From the NCBI GenBank assembly GCA_002366725.1, contig DFBT01000105.1, positions 442 through 46,631 on the forward strand: a DNA stretch of 46,190 bases, in the 5' to 3' direction. The stretch comes from a candidate division WOR-3 bacterium UBA3073. GTDB lineage: Bacteria; Hydrothermota; UBA3073. Positions 19,375 through 29,194 of the stretch are shown here, one piece after another (the first letter of the stretch is position 1; the number at the start of each line of letters is the position of its first letter). Below the pieces are notes generated by a model. The model searched no databases and was not told the origin of the DNA. It was given only the letters and a program-made list of their open reading frames with translations. Both the position numbers and the translations under genes were made by a program.

Positions 19375-20478
19375 TTAGCTAACGGACTTGTGAGCAGAAA
19401 CCGTCTTTGCATACTTCTTTATGAACTCCTCCAACTTATTTCTCGCCACATCATCCGTATATTGTATGGGAGGAGACTTCATAAAGTATGAGGACGGTTC
19501 TATCATACTTCCCGCGAGCCCCGCATCCAAGGCGATTTTGAGCGCTCTTATTGCGTCTATAACAACTCCCGCAGAATTTGGAGAATCCCACACTTCAAGC
19601 TTAAGCTCTGCCGTAAGGGGAACATTGCCAAAGGTGGTTCCCTCGAGTCTTATAAATGCAAATTTGCGGTCTTTCAACCAGGGAACATAATCAGATGGGC
19701 CAACATGCACATTACCTTCCGAAAGTTTATATGGAAGTTGCGATGTTACTGCCTGTGTCTTTGAAATCTTCTTGGATTCAAGTCTCTCCCTTTCAAGCAT
19801 ATTGAGAAAGTCGGTATTTCCCCCAACATTCAACTGATATGTGCGTTCAAGCCTAACACCCCTATCCTTAAATAAGTTCGTAAGGACCCGATGGACTATA
19901 GTTGCACCGACCTGCGATTTAATGTCGTCACCTATAATTGGCAGTCCAAACCCCTTAAATTTGTCACTCCAGTATTTCTGAGAAGCTACAAACACGGGTA
20001 TACAATTTATAAATCCCACACCTGCCTGTAGAATCTGCTCCACATACCATTTTGTCGCTTCCTCACTTCCAACGGGTAAATAGTTAATACACATATCAGT
20101 CTTTGTCTCCTTTAAAACCCTGATTATATCAACAGTGGAGCCCGGAGCCTTCTTTATAATGGGGGCGAGATACTTGCCAATTCCATCGTGTGTCATTCCC
20201 CTCAGAACGGGCACATTAAGTTTTGGGACATCGCAGAATTTATATGTATTGTTGGGTTTTGTGTAAATCGCCTCGGCGAGATCTTTCTTTACCTTATTAA
20301 CATCAATATCAAATGCACAGGAGAATTCTATATCGCTTATTCTATAACCTCCAAAGTTTGTGTGCATTATGCCGGGGATGGACTTTTCATCTTTTGTATT
20401 CCTATAAAAATGAACACCCTGGACAAGCGAAGAAGCACAGTTGCCGACGCCTATAATACCCACTCTTATTTTGCCCAT
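19375..20478 (-). CDS. ino1: myo-Inositol-1-phosphate synthase
   Basis: [31 protein letters not shown]; start at MGKIRV with GGGAGG RBS. Confidence 0.92.
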   Translation of the reverse strand: MGKIRVGIIGVGNCASSLVQGVHFYRNTKDEKSIPGIMHTNFGGYRISDIEFSCAFDIDVNKVKKDLAEAIYTKPNNTYKFCDVPKLNVPVLRGMTHDGIGKYLAPIIKKAPGSTVDIIRVLKETKTDMCINYLPVGSEEATKWYVEQILQAGVGFINCIPVFVASQKYWSDKFKGFGLPIIGDDIKSQVGATIVHRVLTNLFKDRGVRLERTYQLNVGGNTDFLNMLERERLESKKISKTQAVTSQLPYKLSEGNVHVGPSDYVPWLKDRKFAFIRLEGTTFGNVPLTAELKLEVWDSPNSAGVVIDAIRALKIALDAGLAGSMIEPSSYFMKSPPIQYTDDVARNKLEEFIKKYAKTVSAHKSVS

Positions 20479-20532
20479 AAAACCTCCCTTTAATCGGGCT
20501 TGAAACAAGTTAAAATACATTGTTAGATTCAT

Positions 20533-20561
20533 ATTTTACCACATATTTTACAAAAAGTCAA
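20533..20561 (-). promoter_or_regulatory. Sigma70 promoter for ino1-tmk-smc
   Basis: TTGACT-17-TAAAAT. Confidence 0.7.
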
Positions 20562-20562
20562 G

Positions 20563-20658
20563 TTATTTTTTCCTTGACAGCATAGGAAAGCTTATTTGAT
20601 GGTGTTTTTGGCGCTTGGTTGGGCACTGTCTTCGGTGCCGATAAAATTTTCCTTGACA
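20563..20658 (+). repeat. Promoter-associated repeated cassette, copy A
   Basis: Matches 25203-25344 (reverse) and in part 26291-26316. Confidence 0.7.
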
Positions 20659-20681
20659 TATAATGAATTTTGTGTTATAAT
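20653..20681 (+). promoter_or_regulatory. Sigma70 promoter for rpsT
   Basis: TTGACA-17-TATAAT. Confidence 0.85.
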
Positions 20682-20725
20682 GTGTTCAACTTTTGAAGTA
20701 TCGGACTTGATAATACGGAGGGATA

Positions 20726-20971
20726 ATGGCGCACAGTCGCTCGGCAAAAAAGAGAATAAGACAGAATGTGGTGAGAAAATTGAGAAATAGGGGTTACAAA
20801 AGGCACCTAAAGAAGAAGATAACTGCTGCACTCTCTGCCGTCCCCGATGAAAAGGCTACCGCACTTTCAGAGACATACTCCGCAATTGATAGGGCGGCGA
20901 AGAAGAGAATTATTCACAAAAATACCGCGGCGAGAAAGAAAGCAAGGTTGGCAAAGAAAATGGCAGTTTAA
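20726..20971 (+). CDS. rpsT: 30S ribosomal protein S20
   Basis: MAHSRSAKKRIRQ...IDRAAKKRIIHKNTAARKK. Confidence 0.95.
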   Translation: MAHSRSAKKRIRQNVVRKLRNRGYKRHLKKKITAALSAVPDEKATALSETYSAIDRAAKKRIIHKNTAARKKARLAKKMAV

Positions 20972-20973
20972 GA

Positions 20974-22155
20974 TTATTTTAGCGGTGATTCTATAAGGGC
21001 ATTTCTTATTCCCATCATTATTGAGAGATTCCTGGACGCCCCAAGATCTCTCCGGAGGGATAAAATTTGCCCTTTATATTTTTCAAAATTCTCCATCTCT
21101 TCTTTCGAGATGGGTGCCCTCCTGGAGGGAGGGTCGAGTTTCTGGGGATTTATCCACCTTCCATTCTTTTTAATCCTGAAATCCAGGTGGGGACCCGTAG
21201 AAAGTCCGGTCGAACCAACATATCCAATCACATCTCCCTGTTTTACATATTTCCCCCTTTTTATTCCCCTTGCAAATCTTGAAAGGTGTCCATAGTAAGT
21301 CTTGTAACGAGAGCCGTGCTGGATAATCACCTGATTCCCGTATCCACCATTCCACCCTCTGAAGGTTATCTTGCCATCACCGATAGTTCTTACAGGTGTA
21401 CCTATTGGGGCTGCATAATCCACACCGTAGTGGGGTCTTCTGATATGCAAAATCGGATGCAACCTGGATTTGGTGAATTTCGAACTTATTCTCTTATAGG
21501 ACAGGGGAGCTCTCAGAAATACCCTCTGGAGAGACCTTCCCTTTGGGTCGTAATAGTCGTGCCTTCTCCCCCGGGGTATGTAATAAAATGCCTCCAAATT
21601 TTTCTTCTTTCTCTTATAGGATGCATACAGTATATCTCCATAAGAGAGGAATTTTTCTCCCGCATACTTTTTGTATACAACTATTACGAACTCATCCCCA
21701 ACCCGTGTCTCTGTATTGAAATCTATATCCCAAGTAAATATCTCGTCAGCAAATCTATAAATGAGATTTGGTGAACCCCCGTTCTCTATCATTGCATCCC
21801 ACAGGGACCCTCCGTTTATAGACCCCCTGATAAGTGAGAGCACGAGTTTCTCCACCCGTTTTTTGAAATTATACAGGCTGTCTACCTTAAAGTCCCCACC
21901 CTTTCCAACAAACTCAAACTCCACTAATCTGTCGCCGACTCTCTTTATATTTATCTCATCTCCGGGATAGCATTTCCTCACATTCATACTGTCTTCAAGA
22001 ATGGATATCAGCCTCACATAAGACTGCCTGCCCAACCCGCTGTTTTCAAGTATCTCACTCAGTGTGCTGCCGCTGTGCATTGTATACTTATACTCAACAA
22101 CGGAATCGGTGGGCTGACTCAGCTGACTTATGAGTATTAACAGTGCAAAAATCAT
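20974..22155 (-). CDS. M23 peptidoglycan DD-metalloendopeptidase (MepM/Csd3-like)
   Basis: HYGVDYAAP, YGH, STGPHLDF; start likely MIFALL. Confidence 0.88.
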   Translation of the reverse strand: MIFALLILISQLSQPTDSVVEYKYTMHSGSTLSEILENSGLGRQSYVRLISILEDSMNVRKCYPGDEINIKRVGDRLVEFEFVGKGGDFKVDSLYNFKKRVEKLVLSLIRGSINGGSLWDAMIENGGSPNLIYRFADEIFTWDIDFNTETRVGDEFVIVVYKKYAGEKFLSYGDILYASYKRKKKNLEAFYYIPRGRRHDYYDPKGRSLQRVFLRAPLSYKRISSKFTKSRLHPILHIRRPHYGVDYAAPIGTPVRTIGDGKITFRGWNGGYGNQVIIQHGSRYKTYYGHLSRFARGIKRGKYVKQGDVIGYVGSTGLSTGPHLDFRIKKNGRWINPQKLDPPSRRAPISKEEMENFEKYKGQILSLRRDLGASRNLSIMMGIRNALIESPLK

Positions 22156-22206
22156 ATGTCCTTTTACCTTTTTCCTTGCTCCTAGGATAATAGGGACAGC
22201 GACCAT

Positions 22207-22335
22207 TTATTTATTCCTTTTGGATCTTCTGACCGCTTTTGGCTTCAGTGTCCGTCCTAATAATTCTTCTAAAAGCTCACATTTATCACTGTACTCTTTT
22301 ATCAATAATAGATACCGCTCTCTATTCTCTTTGTC
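22207..22335 (-). pseudogene. Possible C-terminal remnant of a REP-associated tyrosine (HUH) transposase
   Basis: Start-less frame ending LEELLGRTLKPKAVRRSKRNK*, resembling RAYT tails as I recall them. Confidence 0.4.
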
Positions 22336-22357
22336 TTAAAAAACCTTTTGCCGGTAA

Positions 22358-22840
22358 TTACCTCATTCTTATTCCTCCTTTTATGGTGATGACATTGGTT
22401 GAATGCGAGTGACTATTTATACTTGTAGATAAAATATCTATGGTAGCCTCGACAAACGGAGCCATCTTGGAACCTGTAAGTTTGAATTCTGCGCCGCCAC
22501 CGAGCTTCAGGTTAAATGTAGATAATCCTCCTCCGGACATAAAATACAGCCCGCTTAACCCGTATGGTGTAATACCCGCGCCGGGCAAGAACATCATTAC
22601 ATCAAAACCCTGTCCCGTGCCAAGGGAAATAATAGTTCCACCGGAGGGGAAACTCAGACTCGCTACTTCTGTCCTCGCATAGAAGTTTCTGTAGATGTGG
22701 AGGATTGCACTTCCATCGGTAAAGAAGGCATTGTTATTCTCCTGTATGGCTAAGCCCGCCCCTCCCTCCACACCAAAGGGAATTCCCGCCGCACAGAATA
22801 CCGGTATTATAAGACCCAGAACCAGTATAGCTTTTCTCAT
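22358..22840 (-). CDS. Small outer-membrane beta-barrel protein
   Basis: Signal peptide, alternating beta strands, ITPYG..G, C-terminal strand. Confidence 0.7.
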   Translation of the reverse strand: MRKAILVLGLIIPVFCAAGIPFGVEGGAGLAIQENNNAFFTDGSAILHIYRNFYARTEVASLSFPSGGTIISLGTGQGFDVMMFLPGAGITPYGLSGLYFMSGGGLSTFNLKLGGGAEFKLTGSKMAPFVEATIDILSTSINSHSHSTNVITIKGGIRMR

Positions 22841-22852
22841 AGCTCCTCCTTT

Positions 22853-25036
22853 CTACTTCAGCAGCACTACCTTGCGGCTCGTTATCGAATGCTGCGTTTC
22901 AACCAAACAGAAATATACTCCCCGAGAGACCTTTTTACCCCTGTCATCTTCACCCTTCCAGATAATATGGTTAATTAGTTGATTGGTTGATTGGTTAATT
23001 GGGAAAGACCTGACGAGCCTGCCCGTGAGGTCATAGATACCTACCTTAACCCTGCTTTTTCTGGGAATTGAATACGAGATGGTAAAGAATTCCATCGCGG
23101 GATTGGGTGTCACGGCAAGGTTTATGACTCCTTCACCCCCAGCGGGTTCCTCTTCTATACCCGTAACCTGAAAATGATATATTCCGAGAGATGTGTTATC
23201 AGCCACATATACATAATCTCCATAGGGAGCAACCCCTTCAGGAATTCCCGATGTGTTATACCTATCTACCAGAATAGGCGAATCCGGGGTTGTGGTTTTG
23301 AGTATAGTGAGATATTCGTTTCCGGCGATATACATAAATGTATCCTGAACCGCAATATCACCACCCTCTACATAATTATCAAGAAACAAAGAGCCAACAA
23401 AATCCATAGAGGAAAAGTTGCTTCCAAAATGATAAACCAGGAGACTATCTCCATACAGGAAATATCCATAATCACCATCCACGAGAATTGGAGAGTACCA
23501 GAGATTTTTCTCCGGGTTAAGTCCCCCTGCAAGCGTCGGAGAAGACGGGTTGGACACATTTAATATTTTAAACAATGCCGAGTCATAGTCATAGAAAAAG
23601 AGGAGGGTATCTCTGACAAAGAGATGTATCGTGTTTACACAATCTTGATAGACCCCTAACTGCTGAAGGCTGTCATCTATCACCTGAAACACCCTGAGGG
23701 TATCCCTTACCCCATAGACATACCCATTTGAGGCAACAATATCAAAGAGATACTGTTGTGTTGAAAATGAACCTGCAGGAGAGAGGCCAGGCAGGCTGAG
23801 TGCCCCCAGGCTGTAATGCCAGGAGCTCGCATAATATACATAGTTTGAATCAACTGCCAGCTTATAGACATTGCAAGGAGAAGGATTATAATCTGAGAGA
23901 AGATATGGAGATGCGGGATTTTGTATACCGTAACAATATATCTCTCCAGGATTTGCCATAATCAAATTATTTCCCGTGGTTTTTACAAATTGAATGGGTC
24001 CCTTATCGGTAATGGTGTACGAGAGATTATTGGGAGAAATTGGGTCAGAAATTCCCATAATGCCCATTCCATAGTAATTTCCTGAAGCTGTAGAACGGCT
24101 GGCTGTCATAGCAAGGAGGGTGTCTTCCCCGAACATACAACCCCCACCCCCACCATACGAAAAAGGAGCAAGTCCAACGGTGTCTATTTCGGTAGGATTT
24201 GATATATCAAATATCGCAAGCCTGCCGCCGTGACGGTAGCCATAAAGCACACTGTTTTCCTCAACTAAAGAATAGTAGGCGTACCATTCATCGAGAAAGT
24301 ATCCAGCACTATCGGGAGACACCGGATTTGTGATGTCAAAAACCTCTACACCGTAGGAATAATCAGTTCCAACATAAAGATAGTTATCCACTGTTACCAT
24401 ACCGTAGCCCCTGCCCCCAAGGGAAATGGTATCTACTACACAAATAGAATCAGGGTCAGACAAATTAAGAATATATATGCTTTGAGTGTTGTCGGTCATA
24501 TAACAGTACGGATAGTTTACTTGAAGGTCATAGGAATAGTTAGAAATCTGAATACTATCTCTTGGAACAGGACTAAGGGGATTGGTGATATCAAGAACCT
24601 TAAGATACGCATTGTAATTCACATAATCCGGGTAGTAGAGCATATTACCGTAAATCTCCACCGTGTGGTGAGGGTAATACAGATACATTCCATTATAGAA
24701 ATGAAATGTATCGAGGATAGATGGAGAAGAGGGGTCTGTTATATCAAACAGTATTATCCCATTGCCAACATCAAATAGATAGAGATAGTTATCCTTCGCT
24801 ACCAGATTTTCGGCACGCCCCGGGGTATTTATGGTATTTATATGGACTGGGGATGAGGGATTTGATATATCGTATATGGCGAGTCCTTTTATATTTGGCG
24901 TAAGTAGATAATTGCCACAAATTACTATATCCCTGAACTCTCCCGCCTCAAACATCTCGTCCACCAGTGTTATCTCCTGCTGTGCATAGGCAAACACCGC
25001 GGAGATAAGCATCAAGATAACAAGCAACCTTTTCAC
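22853..25036 (-). CDS. Secreted LVIVD-repeat protein with FlgD/T9SS C-terminal domain
   Basis: Signal peptide; repeated DISNPxSP units; PNP..IYDLTGRLVR..GVYF. Confidence 0.85.
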   Translation of the reverse strand: MKRLLVILMLISAVFAYAQQEITLVDEMFEAGEFRDIVICGNYLLTPNIKGLAIYDISNPSSPVHINTINTPGRAENLVAKDNYLYLFDVGNGIILFDITDPSSPSILDTFHFYNGMYLYYPHHTVEIYGNMLYYPDYVNYNAYLKVLDITNPLSPVPRDSIQISNYSYDLQVNYPYCYMTDNTQSIYILNLSDPDSICVVDTISLGGRGYGMVTVDNYLYVGTDYSYGVEVFDITNPVSPDSAGYFLDEWYAYYSLVEENSVLYGYRHGGRLAIFDISNPTEIDTVGLAPFSYGGGGGCMFGEDTLLAMTASRSTASGNYYGMGIMGISDPISPNNLSYTITDKGPIQFVKTTGNNLIMANPGEIYCYGIQNPASPYLLSDYNPSPCNVYKLAVDSNYVYYASSWHYSLGALSLPGLSPAGSFSTQQYLFDIVASNGYVYGVRDTLRVFQVIDDSLQQLGVYQDCVNTIHLFVRDTLLFFYDYDSALFKILNVSNPSSPTLAGGLNPEKNLWYSPILVDGDYGYFLYGDSLLVYHFGSNFSSMDFVGSLFLDNYVEGGDIAVQDTFMYIAGNEYLTILKTTTPDSPILVDRYNTSGIPEGVAPYGDYVYVADNTSLGIYHFQVTGIEEEPAGGEGVINLAVTPNPAMEFFTISYSIPRKSRVKVGIYDLTGRLVRSFPINQSTNQLINHIIWKGEDDRGKKVSRGVYFCLVETQHSITSRKVVLLK

Positions 25037-25179
25037 GATACCCCCTTTTTAAATATGTGTTATTGTGGAAAACTCAGACACCGAGTAAGTCGCTTCGCTC
25101 TATTGCAAAAGGTCTACCGACATCTCTATGCCTTGGCTCACAACTGCGGGATAAATATACTCACACGAAAATTGTAAAT

Positions 25180-25208
25180 ATTATACCACAGTTCTGCCAC
25201 ATTGTCAA
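25180..25208 (-). promoter_or_regulatory. Sigma70 promoter for the LVIVD gene
   Basis: TTGACA-17-TATAAT. Confidence 0.8.
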
Positions 25209-25344
25209 GAAAAAATATATCGGCACTGTAAACAGTACCCAACCAGCTCTGGTCGGTCACCCTTTCTACCTGCCGGTAGACAGGTAGGGTGACGAGAATA
25301 TCCGAGCGCCAAAAATACTTTTCTATGCAATCGAGGAAATTTTT
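25203..25344 (-). repeat. Promoter-associated cassette, copy B, with a 59-bp nested hairpin insertion
   Basis: 36/43 identity to copy A, then an insertion at 25246-25304, then AGCGCCAAAAA. Confidence 0.7.
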
Positions 25345-25368
25345 GCGGTAGATTGATATATTTTTTTC

Positions 25369-25397
25369 TTGACAAATTCCTCGGTTTAGTGTATAAT
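25369..25397 (+). promoter_or_regulatory. Sigma70 promoter
   Basis: TTGACA-17-TATAAT. Confidence 0.8.
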
Positions 25398-25472
25398 AAA
25401 AAACCTCATCTACCTGCTGGTAAAGAGGTAAATGTCCTTTATCACTTACAAAAAAACAATCTCAATCCAAAT

Positions 25473-26189
25473 ATGTCAAAAAAAATATCTTTAATACTCA
25501 TCCCCGATAAGGAAGGGAAAGTAAGAAGAATAGTCATTTCGAAGAGTGCCGCTATATTTCTTATAACCCTGTTATTTATAGCAATTGGCTTTCTGGCGTT
25601 TCTGGGATACAGGTATTGGTCTATTTATAGCCTCGCAAGAAGGGCACTCACACTGGAAGAACGCGTTACGCTTCTCGAAAAAGAGAAGAGGGAAACAATA
25701 GAAAAGGTCACGGCGGACCTGAATCGAGTAGTATATGAAAACCAGCGATTATTAACGCTTCTCGGCATAGAGGACACACAACCCAATTACACAAAGAGTG
25801 AGATTCAAGAGGGTGATATACCTTCAATCTGGCCAACAAAGGGATGGATCAGTCAGGGATTTTTTCCTTACCACCAGGCGGTAGACATTGCCGCTCCCAT
25901 TGGTACACCCATAGTTTCAACCATCAGTGGGGTTGTAACCGCTGTGTGGACAGATTCCCTGCTCGGTAATGTATTAGAGATAAGTAACAAAGAAGGCTAT
26001 AAAATCGTATATGGACACAATTCAACTGTAACTGTAAAAGAAAAAGACAAAGTAAATGAAGGGGACATAGTGTCATTTGTCGGGTCAAGTGGCATAACCT
26101 CGGGACCTCATCTTCACTATGAAATATATTACAGAGACAGCGTACTAAATCCAGAACAATATCTACCGCCCAATCACGGCAACCCATGA
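25473..26189 (+). CDS. Membrane-anchored M23 metallopeptidase
   Basis: TM helix, coiled coil, PSIWP, HQAVD, YGH, GPHLHYE. Confidence 0.88.
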   Translation: MSKKISLILIPDKEGKVRRIVISKSAAIFLITLLFIAIGFLAFLGYRYWSIYSLARRALTLEERVTLLEKEKRETIEKVTADLNRVVYENQRLLTLLGIEDTQPNYTKSEIQEGDIPSIWPTKGWISQGFFPYHQAVDIAAPIGTPIVSTISGVVTAVWTDSLLGNVLEISNKEGYKIVYGHNSTVTVKEKDKVNEGDIVSFVGSSGITSGPHLHYEIYYRDSVLNPEQYLPPNHGNP

Positions 26190-26535
26190 GCGCTATACTC
26201 TTTGCACCTAATGACATAAAAACTTTTAGAAAATCCTTGCCCCGTTAGATATGAAATTATCTAACGGGGTGAATGTAATCTGTGGCAACGAAATTTTTTC
26301 TTGATTGCATAGGAAACTATACCACAGAGGACACGGAGAAACAATATTTATTTATCCTCTGTGTGCTCAAATGGTTGAGCTATTTGTATTTGTTTAGAAT
26401 AGTTGAGATTGAATAGATCTTGAGTTTGCCTGTCTACCGATGCACGGCATCCGTATGGACAGGTAGAAAGGAGAGCACAGAGTTTTTGTTCTTTTTTAGC
26501 AAAGATTCTCTGTGCACTCTGTGGTAATTTTTTTC

Positions 26536-26564
26536 TTGACAAACATCGATATTTGTGTTAAAAT
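26536..26564 (+). promoter_or_regulatory. Sigma70 promoter, leaderless geometry
   Basis: TTGACA-17-TAAAAT; ATG follows after 6 nt. Confidence 0.8.
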
Positions 26565-26570
26565 GAACTC

Positions 26571-27470
26571 ATGAAGCGACTCTTACTTCTCGCATTCATA
26601 CCATCCATTATATACTGCAGCAATGGTACCACTATATTCGATTTTCTCAACATTCCCTGTGGTGCAAGACCCACAGCAGTCGGTGGCGGATTCTCCGCCT
26701 TCGGCGATCCCCACAGTATATTCTACAACCCCGCCGGAATATGTAATATAACCACCACTACATTCAGTTCAACTCTGCGGCACTATATAGCGGGGATAAA
26801 CTCGGGCATCATACTGTGGGAAAAACCAGATTTCAACGGGGTGATTGGCATTGCAATCAACTATGTAAATCTTGGAAGTATTGAGGGAAGGGATGTGGAC
26901 GACAATTTAAATGGCAGTTTTACCCCGGTCTCTCTCTCCACGAAATTTGCCTATGCCAGACATATCGGCTCGTTTAAGGGAGGGTTGTCTGTAAACCTGA
27001 TATACGAGAATATAGATAAATACTCTGCCTTTGCCCCCGCAGTTGACATAGGAATTATATATACACCACCTACAGTTCCTCACATTGACCTCGGTCTCAG
27101 CCTTAACAATCTCGGCTATGAAATCATACCCTTCAGAGATACAAGAGAAAATCTGCCGTACAAGATAAAGGCGGGTTTGGCATATCAACCTCTCCCACCT
27201 TACATTTTTAGTCTGGATATTGAACGACAGATAAATGGAGGACAAGATTTCATTCTGGGTGCAGAGATACCCCTCTCACCCAACTTTTTCTTCAGAGCGG
27301 GATACTCCTCCCGGTGGCAAGATCTCGCAGTAGATGTTTCTACAGATGTGACTGCGGGATTGTCTTTTGGCATTGGAGTTGTGCGGAATAGGTTAAAGAT
27401 TGATTATACTGCATCACCCATGGTGGACCTCGGTATCGCTCACCAGATAAGTATATCTTTCCTCAATTGA
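26571..27470 (+). CDS. PorV/PorQ family outer-membrane protein
   Basis: FLNIPCGARPTAVGG, IFYNPAG, RAGY, terminal beta strands. Confidence 0.8.
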   Translation: MKRLLLLAFIPSIIYCSNGTTIFDFLNIPCGARPTAVGGGFSAFGDPHSIFYNPAGICNITTTTFSSTLRHYIAGINSGIILWEKPDFNGVIGIAINYVNLGSIEGRDVDDNLNGSFTPVSLSTKFAYARHIGSFKGGLSVNLIYENIDKYSAFAPAVDIGIIYTPPTVPHIDLGLSLNNLGYEIIPFRDTRENLPYKIKAGLAYQPLPPYIFSLDIERQINGGQDFILGAEIPLSPNFFFRAGYSSRWQDLAVDVSTDVTAGLSFGIGVVRNRLKIDYTASPMVDLGIAHQISISFLN

Positions 27471-27510
27471 AAATTTTCAATTGAAAATTGTTAATTTTGA
27501 AGGGGGTAGA

Positions 27511-28557
27511 ATGACTTATAATCTTGCCATTATAGGATTTGGCACCGTGGGACAGGGTTTTGCTGAACTCCTACAAGAGAAGAGAGAATCTTTAAAAAAT
27601 ACTTATGGACTTGAATTCGAGGTTGTGGCAATCTCTGACCCCATAAAGGGAAGTATATATGAAAATGCCGGTGTCAACTTGAAGGAAATACTCACCCTCG
27701 TGAAAAAAGAGGGGAAGATAGATGGATATGCCGGGGGTATTAAGGGATGGGACAGTATAAAAACAATAGAAGAAACAAATGCAGACATAATTGCAGAGGC
27801 TACGCCAACGAATCTGGAGAGTGGTGAACCCGGGCTCACTCATATAAGAACCGCTTTGAAGAGAGGTAAACATGTGATAACGACCAACAAGGGACCCATA
27901 GCGCTCTTTTACAGAGAACTCGCGCAGCTTGCAAAGGACAGGGGAAAATCCCTTGGGTTTGAGGGAACTGTCTTGAGCGGCACGCCCGCAATAAACCTCA
28001 GCCTCCTTACTCTTGCGGGCACGAATATAAGTGAGATAATTGGAATAATGAATGGAACCACAAATTATATACTCACCCAGATGGATGCGGGTAAAGACTA
28101 CAGTGAAGCACTCAGGGAGGCACAGAGGCTCGGTTACGCCGAGACAAAACCCGACGCAGATGTAGAGGGTTGGGATGCCCTTGCAAAAATAGTCATCCTC
28201 TCAAATGTCCTGATGGGTGCAAATTTAAAGGTCTCCGATGTGGAAAGGGAAGGAATTACGGGCATAACCCCCTCCAATATCAAGGATGCAAAAGGAGAGC
28301 ACAAAAGGTATAAACTCATTGCCAGGGCATGGAAGGAGAATGGAAAAGTGAAGGCAAAAGTATCTCCCGAAAAGGTAGATGATGGTAATATCCTCTTCCA
28401 TATCTCGGGAGTGGGGAATGCCATTCAGTTCAAAACCGATATCCTCGGCCGGGTAACAATAGTTGGCCCCGGGGCGGGTAAAAGAGAAACGGGCTTTGCA
28501 CTTCTCAACGACCTCATCAGCATCCACCGCACACCCATGGGTATGAAGGGAGTCTGA
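27511..28557 (+). CDS. hom: Homoserine dehydrogenase
   Basis: GFGTVG, TTNKGP, NGTTNYIL, GYAE..DVEGWD, GPGAG. Confidence 0.9.
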   Translation: MTYNLAIIGFGTVGQGFAELLQEKRESLKNTYGLEFEVVAISDPIKGSIYENAGVNLKEILTLVKKEGKIDGYAGGIKGWDSIKTIEETNADIIAEATPTNLESGEPGLTHIRTALKRGKHVITTNKGPIALFYRELAQLAKDRGKSLGFEGTVLSGTPAINLSLLTLAGTNISEIIGIMNGTTNYILTQMDAGKDYSEALREAQRLGYAETKPDADVEGWDALAKIVILSNVLMGANLKVSDVEREGITGITPSNIKDAKGEHKRYKLIARAWKENGKVKAKVSPEKVDDGNILFHISGVGNAIQFKTDILGRVTIVGPGAGKRETGFALLNDLISIHRTPMGMKGV

Positions 28558-28558
28558 A

Positions 28559-29194
28559 ATGCTTGTGCTCTCCATAACGGGTGCCTCGGATACGGGCAAG
28601 ACCCGGCTCATAACCTCACTCATAAAGGAACTTACAAAAAGGGGTTACAGGGTTGGATGTATCAAACATTGTCCCGAGGGATTTGAATTGGACCATCCCG
28701 GTAAGGACTCCCATCGGTTCAGAAAAGAAGGGGCGTGGGGGGTTGTTGTATACAGCCCCGGTCAAATAGGTGTGATAAAAACAACAGATGAACAAGTACA
28801 ACCAGGTGATCTCGCAATCGACCATCTCAGTGGATGTGATTTCGTACTCGCCGAGGGGTTCAAGAATGCAAAGAAGATAAGAAAATTCGAGCTACTAAGA
28901 AAGGGCATAGACGAAGAGCCAAAGACAGAAGATGCCGTGGCGATAATAAGTGATTTCGAATTGAACACCGACAAACCCGTACTTCACCCAGATGAACCCG
29001 GGAGAATTATCGATTTTCTGGAGATACTCACAAAGGAAGAGAATGGGGTAGTGAGACTTCAAATCAACGACAAGAACATTCCATTAAACCCCTTCCTCAA
29101 AACCACCCTAAAAAATACCATCCTCGGACTTGTATCCTCTCTCAAGAAGAAAGAAGGGGTAACAAAAAGGATAGATATAAAACTGGAGGTGTGA
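28559..29194 (+). CDS. mobB: Molybdopterin-guanine dinucleotide biosynthesis protein B
   Basis: GASDTGKT, IKH..D.PGKDS, AEGFK. Confidence 0.85.
   Translation: MLVLSITGASDTGKTRLITSLIKELTKRGYRVGCIKHCPEGFELDHPGKDSHRFRKEGAWGVVVYSPGQIGVIKTTDEQVQPGDLAIDHLSGCDFVLAEGFKNAKKIRKFELLRKGIDEEPKTEDAVAIISDFELNTDKPVLHPDEPGRIIDFLEILTKEENGVVRLQINDKNIPLNPFLKTTLKNTILGLVSSLKKKEGVTKRIDIKLEV

Noticed and set aside
20479-20532. Longer ino1 start from the ORF track
   Set aside because: Begins next to the -10 box, upstream of the likely TSS; the RBS supports 20478
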